From assembly GCA_965200245.1 (NCBI GenBank), contig CBDATS010000004.1, forward strand, positions 608,001-672,000: a stretch of DNA of 64,000 nucleotides, read 5' to 3'. Both the position numbers and the translations under genes were made by a program. Below are positions 58,274 through 64,000 of the stretch, piece by piece; the first letter of the stretch is position 1; every line of letters begins with the position of its first letter. The notes under the pieces were generated by a model. The model was not told where the DNA came from and ran no database searches. It saw nothing but the letters and a program-made list of their open reading frames with translations. Origin of the DNA: a bacterium (GTDB taxonomy: Bacteria > UBA8248).

Positions 58274-58600
58274 TCAGGGAATCCGAAAGACAGGGCCGGA
58301 ATCCGAAACACCGGAAAAAATCACAACATCCCCGATGGAGGGCTCGTCCCCCCCATCGTTCGCCAAGCGGGCGAGAATCCGTCCGCCCTCTTCCAGTTCG
58401 ACCAACGCGAGTGTATACGGCGTCGCCATTCCCCTGGCTCCCATGTGAACCGAGGAGAAGCTGTAGACGGTTCCTCTCCCGGAAACTCGCCGTTCGTCCA
58501 TCTCGCCGGCGCAATACCTGCAGCATCCCGAATCTTCAAGATAAAGCCGCCCGCATCCGGAACAGACAAACGTACCCATCGCAATCATCCGCCCTTGCAC
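58274..58600 (-). CDS. DUF35 Zn-ribbon/OB-fold thiolase partner
   Basis: CSGCG..CRYC, SGRGTVYSFS, PY-LALVELEEG. Confidence 0.88.
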   Translation of the reverse strand: MQGRMIAMGTFVCSGCGRLYLEDSGCCRYCAGEMDERRVSGRGTVYSFSSVHMGARGMATPYTLALVELEEGGRILARLANDGGDEPSIGDVVIFSGVSDSGPVFRIP

Positions 58601-58603
58601 ACT

Positions 58604-59770
58604 TCAGGCGGTCACTCCCAGAATATGCACGGCACACGTAGCGCCCGAGCCTCCCAGGTTGTGGGCCAGTCCCACCTCGGCGCCCGGAACCTGGCGCGCA
58701 CCCGCCTCTCCACGCAACTGAAGCGTGAGTTCGTGAATCTGCGCCACGCCCGTCGCTCCCACCGGATGACCCTTTGATTTCAGGCCGCCGCTGGTGTTGA
58801 CCGGCATCGCACCACCGAGCTTCGTAATTCCTTCGAAAGCGCCTCGACTCCCCTCGCCCCTGGCGAAAAATCCCAAATCCTCAAGCGCGATAATCTCTGC
58901 GATAGTAAAACAGTCGTGAATCTCGACCAGATCGATGTCCTCACGGTTCAGGTTGGCATGAGAGAAGGCATCCTCCCCCGCCTTTTGCGTCGCATGGAAC
59001 GCCGTGATGTCGCGTTTGTCCGAGATAGCGGGCGAATCCGAAGCCTGCGTCGATGCGAGAACCTTCACCGGTTTTTCATGATGTGCCGCAGCCACTTCCG
59101 TGGGGCACAGCACGACGGCCGCCGCACCGTCGCTGATCAGCGAACAATCGAACAGCCCGAGCGGTTCCGCCACGGATCTGGCGTCGAGCACCTGGGCGAG
59201 CGAGATTTCCCTTTGCATGTGCGCGTTGGGGTTGAGCTTGCCGTGGGCGTGGTTTTTCACCGCCACCCAGGCGATCTGCTCACGCGGCGTTCCATACTCG
59301 TGCATGTGGCGTCTGGTGATGAGACCGAAAAGTGCGGGAAATGTCGAGCCCACGGGTTCTTCCATCGCAACGTCCCCGGCGGCGGCAAGAATGGAGGCCG
59401 TCTCGTCCGTCTGTGTCGACGTCATTTTTTCCACTCCGGCGACGAGTACATAATCCACCTGGCCCGAAGCCACGGCCAGCACCCCCTGGCGCATGGCGAG
59501 TCCGCCAGAAGCGCATGCGCCCTCCAGTCGGGTACAGGGAACCGCGCCCAGCCCCGCCGCGTGCGCCACCATGGGTGCTGCATGGTTCTGGCCGACGAAG
59601 GCCTGTGAGGCAAAATTGCCAAGAAAAAAAGCCTCGACCCGTTCGGGTTCGAGGCTTGCGTCGTCAAGGGCGTTCCTGCCTGCCATCGCGCCCAGCGCAG
59701 TGAGGCTCTCCTCCCTCACGCCAAACGGCGTGACACCTGCCCCAATGATCGATACGCCTCGCATCCTCAT
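58604..59770 (-). CDS. Thiolase family protein (SCP2/archaeal type)
   Basis: EGACASG, VKNH, EIHDCFT, KGHPVGATG. Confidence 0.93.
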   Translation of the reverse strand: MRMRGVSIIGAGVTPFGVREESLTALGAMAGRNALDDASLEPERVEAFFLGNFASQAFVGQNHAAPMVAHAAGLGAVPCTRLEGACASGGLAMRQGVLAVASGQVDYVLVAGVEKMTSTQTDETASILAAAGDVAMEEPVGSTFPALFGLITRRHMHEYGTPREQIAWVAVKNHAHGKLNPNAHMQREISLAQVLDARSVAEPLGLFDCSLISDGAAAVVLCPTEVAAAHHEKPVKVLASTQASDSPAISDKRDITAFHATQKAGEDAFSHANLNREDIDLVEIHDCFTIAEIIALEDLGFFARGEGSRGAFEGITKLGGAMPVNTSGGLKSKGHPVGATGVAQIHELTLQLRGEAGARQVPGAEVGLAHNLGGSGATCAVHILGVTA

Positions 59771-59783
59771 CCCCTCGATGGAT

Positions 59784-61112
59784 TCATACGCGCGTTTCGC
59801 GCAAATCCAGAAATCTTTTCGCCTTGAACGTCGTTCTTTCAAAAGAGCCCGCGGGCAGAACTTCTACCTCGGGCGTCACGAGCAGTTTCACCCCGAGCCT
59901 TTTGCGCAACGCATGGCACATGCCCGGGTTCGCCTCTCCCTCGGCAGCCTCGGCCACGACGACGCAGCGGTCCCGTCCCGTCGACCTGTCCGGGTGCAAT
60001 TCCACGCGAAACTCGTTGCTGAGGCCCGGAAAACTCCGCACGACTTCCTCCACCTGGATGGGATAGAACTTCGCTCCCTTGTAGATGACGAGATCGTCAT
60101 GCCGCCCGAGAATCCCCCCCGGCGAACGCAGGTGCGTTCTGCCGCAAGCACTGGGGGAACTGTCCACGCACGCGAAATCGTTCGTCCAGTAGCGCAGCAT
60201 GGGCGTGGCCTCGCGCGTGAGATGCGTGATGACAAGAATGCCCACCTCGCCCTCGGGCACAGGCTATTTCGTCTCGGGATCCACGATCTCGACGATATGG
60301 TGATCCTCCGCCCAGATGAGTCCCGACTTCGCTGCCGACTCACTCGCGAAAGTCGGTCCGATCTCGCCAAGCCCGTAATAGTCATAGGCATCCAGGCCGA
60401 GAGCGGCTTCGATTCGAGCGCGTGTGGATGGGTTCTGCGTTCCCGCCTCCCCGCCGAAAGAGCCGACTTTCAAAGGGATATCCGCGGGGTCCACGCCGCT
60501 TTCGGTGAGTTTCTCCCCGATGTAGAGGCCGTAGCTCGGCGTACTCAGCAACACCGTGGAACCGACAGTGGTGAGGTAGTGAATCTGCCGTTCCGTCATG
60601 GCGGCGCCAATAGGTATTACGAAACACCCCATCTTCTGCGTGGCGTAGTGCACACTCATTCCGGCAACCCACAGCCCATAGCTGAAAGCGTTCTGGACAA
60701 CGTCGTTCGGTCTCACCCCGAAGCTCCACATCGTGCGCGCCGTGAAATCCGCGATGTTCTCGATGTCGTTCCTGCTCCAGATGGTGCTCACGGGAACCCC
60801 TGTGGTACCCGTGGAAGGGTGGAGTTCTCCCCACGTCTGCGGCGGAGCCACGGTGTATCGTCCGAAGGGAGGATGCTCCCGCTGCTCGTCTCTCAGTTCC
60901 TGTTTGGTAACGAATGGAATTTTCCGCAGATCGTCCAGGGTACGAACGGAATCAGGCCCAATACCCGCCTCATGCAGACGTTCACGGTAGAATCCGGATT
61001 CCAGGTAACAGCGGCGGACCTGCCACTTGAGGCGTTCGAGTTGTAGGGAGGCGAGTTCGTCACGCGCCATGCATTCGATTCGCTCATCCCAAAAATCGCC
61101 GTTTCGCACCAT
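59784..61112 (-). pseudogene. Phenylacetate-CoA ligase (PaaK) family with an in-frame TAG at 60266-60264
   Basis: STGTTG, YGLGEI, EDHH-VEIVDPET-K*P-VPEGEVG-LVIT, GRHDD; both halves in one frame. Confidence 0.85.
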
Positions 61113-61379
61113 GACAGCGAAAACTCCTGTAGAGGAAAAGCGAGCGAATCTGTCGCACACTCCCGAAACCACATTCAGTTCGTAGACGATAATCCCGGAA
61201 AGAAATCCCAAGAAAGATAGTACAACGATTGATGATGCGCAAGTAAGGGGTTTTCCGGGTTCAGTTGATAGGTGTCCAGTGCTGCGTTAAACATCACTTA
61301 CGCTACGACTTGAAGTTATGTCAAGACAGTTGGTGTGACTGACTGTCTTGAAGATCACGCCTGCTCAGTACTGTAATTT

Positions 61380-61676
61380 GCAAATGTTGCTCATAATCTT
61401 CTTCAAATCCTAGAGTTCTTCATTCCCTTGGATCCCAAAGGTATTTTTCTGCGTGTTGGTAAGGCTGTTGATGCTGGTCAAGAAGGAGGCTACCAGTATG
61501 AATCTCCGGGTGCAGACCTCGTCGTTCGCATCGTTGAAAGATACCTCGCAGAACACCGGGAGTTGTTACAACAGGATGAGCAGTGTCGCCAGACACTTAT
61601 AGAGATTCTGGATGTATTTGTGAGCTGGCCCTCCGCCAGGAGACTTGTGTACCGACTGGATGATATCTTTCGGTGA
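61380..61676 (+). pseudogene. C-terminal remnant of a large ATPase/NACHT-type protein
   Basis: GYQYES..DLVVRIVERYLAEHR...LDVFV-WP-ARRL-YRLDDIFR; no N-terminus. Confidence 0.45.
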
Positions 61677-62008
61677 GCCATATACTGGGCGTGGGCGATT
61701 GTCTCCTGGAAACCGTAGCTATGCACTTGGCAAAGTTTCATTCCAGTAAATTATGAATATTCGTGCTCGCATATATGAAATTGCAGTATATTACTTTGCA
61801 ACTCCTCCTCGGTTCGATCCGTCCTGAGGGGATTTTTCACTTCATCGATCATCAGACGATGATGCAAATAACCTAGCAATAACTCCTCCTCCATGAATAT
61901 AGCGGAAACTACAGGGGAATTACTAAGCTAGTGCAGGCTCATCGAACTTCTGTCATGACCTTATCCAACTTGGCATGGAATAGGGTGAACATTTATTCAT
62001 GACAACTA

Positions 62009-62248
62009 CTATGATCTTACATCCCCGGAGGAGTTGATCCTCGTATATGGCCATTCGGGCCTCGTGCGCCTTTTCTTAATGGAAGAATGGAAGATTCTGG
62101 CCTGGTCTACGATCGCAAGAACCAGATCCGGGTCCATTGGATCAGGGTCGTCTACGGCATATTGATAGTACAGTTCTCTCTTTCTCTCGGTGTCCAGTTT
62201 GCTTATCGAATATTCAAACATTTTCCTGATGTTATACTTTTTAGTCAT
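62009..62248 (-). CDS. Small hypothetical protein (DxDLV-AI-D-R-FH family)
   Basis: MTKKYNIRK...DPDLVLAIVDQARIFH; paralog remnants upstream. Confidence 0.55.
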   Translation of the reverse strand: MTKKYNIRKMFEYSISKLDTERKRELYYQYAVDDPDPMDPDLVLAIVDQARIFHSSIKKRRTRPEWPYTRINSSGDVRS

Positions 62249-62312
62249 TTTTAAATACCCCGCAGAACGCAGGAAAGAGACCGTGTAGAACGGCACGGTG
62301 GGCAAAGAGAAT

Positions 62313-62543
62313 TCATCGCCGGTAATCCCGGGGCCAGTCGCGTCCTGTCTTTTCGGCTTCGAGCCTGTCCCTTTCGAGCATCCCAAAGAACGTATCCCCG
62401 AAAGGAGAAAGTCCCCCCTCCGAACAGAATTCGACGTATCTTTTCCGGTATTTCTCGTCACTCCAGCCGGCGAGAATGCGTCTTTGCGAATTGTCGAGTC
62501 TCATTCCCCGATACGATTTTTGCTTCGACTTTTCAAGTGCCAT
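62313..62543 (-). CDS. Paralog of 6281-6514 (HTH-less antitoxin-like)
   Basis: KSKQK-YR...LERDRLEAEKTGRDWP-DYR. Confidence 0.6.
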   Translation of the reverse strand: MALEKSKQKSYRGMRLDNSQRRILAGWSDEKYRKRYVEFCSEGGLSPFGDTFFGMLERDRLEAEKTGRDWPRDYRR

Positions 62544-62703
62544 CTATCTCATCCCTTCGTCTTTGTGCCCTTCCTGCCCGGTTCGGAGGTATGGGGCCTC
62601 GTTTTTTCACGAATGCAGTCAGAATACATATCCTGCCGCCTCTCACGACAAAGAAAAGACGGGCGGCATTCACCCGAAAATACCCGATATCCCTTCTGAG
62701 GAC
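62533..62703 (-). pseudogene. 5'-truncated Gp49/RelE-like toxin, paralog of 6501-6770
   Basis: Hand translation DIGYFRVNAARLFFVVRGGRICILTAFVKKRGPIPPNRAGRAQRRRDEIDGT. Confidence 0.65.
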
Positions 62704-63046
62704 CTAGCATTTCCAGGGTTCTTATGGAATTGTCTCGATTCATCGATAATGGCTCGAACCAGGTCGGCATCTAATCGATCAGAACCGGAGGTGGCCGCAT
62801 CATAGTAGGACTTTCTTATTTTTTCCGTACTCAAACCCCTGATTTCAATGTCGTACCTTATTTCTTATATCGGCCATTTCGGTTCTTCTCGGCATGGAAG
62901 GGTCCTGATTCGTCTATAATCAATCGAACCAAATCGGCATCTACCGGACCGGGTTCAGAAATGGAGTGGCTATAAAACGATTTTCCTTTCTTTTCGGTGT
63001 CCAGATATTCAATAAAAACCTTGTACTTCTTCTCGAAGGTGGCATT
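62670..63046 (-). pseudogene. Two tandem degenerate paralogs of 62009-62248
   Basis: LDTEKK...DADLVRLIIDESGPFH (62858-63046) and LSTEK...DADLVRAIIDESRQFH (62670-62877, frameshifted after ATG). Confidence 0.55.
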
Positions 63047-63208
63047 TTAGTTTCCATGAATCATCCGGGATCTTTCCACTTCATCCCTTGCAATAACCAT
63101 GAAATCATCGTCCCTGTATTCAGCGACTGCCTTCAAGTACAGTTCCCTGTCCTTTTCAGTTTTCAGGAAATCGGCAGTATCGTATCTATAGGTTTTTGTT
63201 CTGGCCAT
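63047..63208 (-). CDS. HI1420-like antidote N-terminal domain only (53 aa)
   Basis: MARTKTYRYDTADFLKTEKDRELYLKAV...DEVERSR; tandem paralog of 63212-63397. Confidence 0.55.
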   Translation of the reverse strand: MARTKTYRYDTADFLKTEKDRELYLKAVAEYRDDDFMVIARDEVERSRMIHGN

Positions 63209-63211
63209 TGT

Positions 63212-63397
63212 TTATCTCTCCAGCTGCATCTTCGGTCCATTCCCATACATTAGCCGCGATCTTTCGATATCTTCCAGTGCTTCATCGACCAGTTTCCGAT
63301 TACCGAACTTTTCAACTGCTTCCAGGTAAAGTCTCCTGTCCTCTTCATCCTCCAGGATTTCAGCGGGATCGTATGGTCTGACTTTCGTTCTGGCCAT
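63212..63397 (-). CDS. HI1420-like antidote N-terminal domain only (61 aa)
   Basis: YDPAEIL..EEDRRLYLEAV..G...EALEDIERSR; aaggag RBS. Confidence 0.6.
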   Translation of the reverse strand: MARTKVRPYDPAEILEDEEDRRLYLEAVEKFGNRKLVDEALEDIERSRLMYGNGPKMQLER

Positions 63398-63426
63398 CGT
63401 CTATGTGCTCCTTTCGTCCAGATCCC

Positions 63427-63627
63427 CTACCATCCCAGTCTATCCCTGATTTCATCCATAATTTCATCCTTGTCCAGTTCCGGGGCCGTCTTATCCAGAA
63501 AATCTTCAAATGACTTGCATCTGTTCATCTTCAGCCCCTCCCACGGATACTTTCCGGTTTCGCGCTTCACTCTTTCATAAAGCAGGGCTCTCTCTTCTCG
63601 TTCGTTCATGACAATTCCTGTCCGCAT
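63427..63627 (-). CDS. Hypothetical protein (PWExLKM motif)
   Basis: YPWEGLKMNRCKSFEDFLD, similar to the 32895 ORF. Confidence 0.55.
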   Translation of the reverse strand: MRTGIVMNEREERALLYERVKRETGKYPWEGLKMNRCKSFEDFLDKTAPELDKDEIMDEIRDRLGW

Positions 63628-63837
63628 TCAATAGCCGAAAAACTCGGGTTCCGGGATGGGATCCCTGAAATGTTCACGCGATTTTCTTACATCTTCCCTA
63701 GCGATTTCCCATGCTCTTTTACTGCTATCCAGAAATTCCTCAAGGAACTGTCTTCTCGTGCGCTCATCATCGAGATGCTCATGCACGATGAATTCCTTGC
63801 CGCGCAGAACCCGGTTTCTTCTTTCTTGATGGTTCAC
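63628..63837 (-). CDS. Small hypothetical protein, distant member of the HTH-less antidote-like set
   Basis: EHLDDERTRRQFLEEFL...AREDVRKSR. Confidence 0.5.
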   Translation of the reverse strand: MNHQERRNRVLRGKEFIVHEHLDDERTRRQFLEEFLDSSKRAWEIAREDVRKSREHFRDPIPEPEFFGY

Positions 63838-63998
63838 AGATAATCCCCACGCATTTCATGGTAAAGGGATGGTGCAGGTGGAATTATTTCAAGGCCTCCG
63901 CGACTTTTCCTGAATTTCAGTTCGGCGTTCAAAATGCGTTCAAACTCTTTCTGCTCAGTCTCCAGGGATTTTCCACATGCGGCTATGTCATGTTCCAG
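63834..63998 (-). CDS. 3' end of a hypothetical ORF running off the window
   Basis: Open frame LEHDIAACGK...GDYL*, stop overlaps the GTG start at 63837. Confidence 0.4.
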   Translation of the reverse strand: MEHDIAACGKSLETEQKEFERILNAELKFRKSRGGLEIIPPAPSLYHEMRGDYL

Positions 63999-64000
63999 GC

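Overview
GC-rich bacterial chromosome segment, probably metagenome-derived. The backbone is housekeeping and metabolic genes: a sugar transferase, tRNA-Glu, phnDCE-like and znuABC/zur transporters, amtB-glnB, two thiolase/OB-fold clusters, pyruvate carboxylase, a PDH E1-like gene, menaquinone genes, gatC, a UvrD/PcrA helicase and an unusual UDP-GlcNAc cluster. It is interrupted by visibly AT-richer islets of small orphan genes at about 1.5-8.9, 22.3-22.6, 28.7-29.5, 32.9-35.0 and 61.3-64 kb, which share gene families with each other. The most striking region is a ~7.4-kb IS1-family cargo element (26-bp terminal inverted repeats, 8-bp near-perfect target duplication) next to tRNA-Glu. It carries a BcgI-like (Type IIB) restriction-modification pair whose start codon lies inside a perfect 19-bp hairpin. 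Downstream, in the same direction, is a protein with the motifs of phage T3-type SAM lyase, an anti-restriction enzyme. A second SAM-lyase-like gene at 33.4-34.5 kb has its core replaced in frame by an apparently identical 319-bp copy of the znuC/znuB junction. Also found: a CxxU SelW/Rdx selenoprotein that the ORF track only partly captures, arrays of antitoxin-like mini-proteins lacking an HTH, and three single-lesion broken genes. No CRISPR array or rRNA was seen. All family calls come from motif recognition by eye; no database searches were run.
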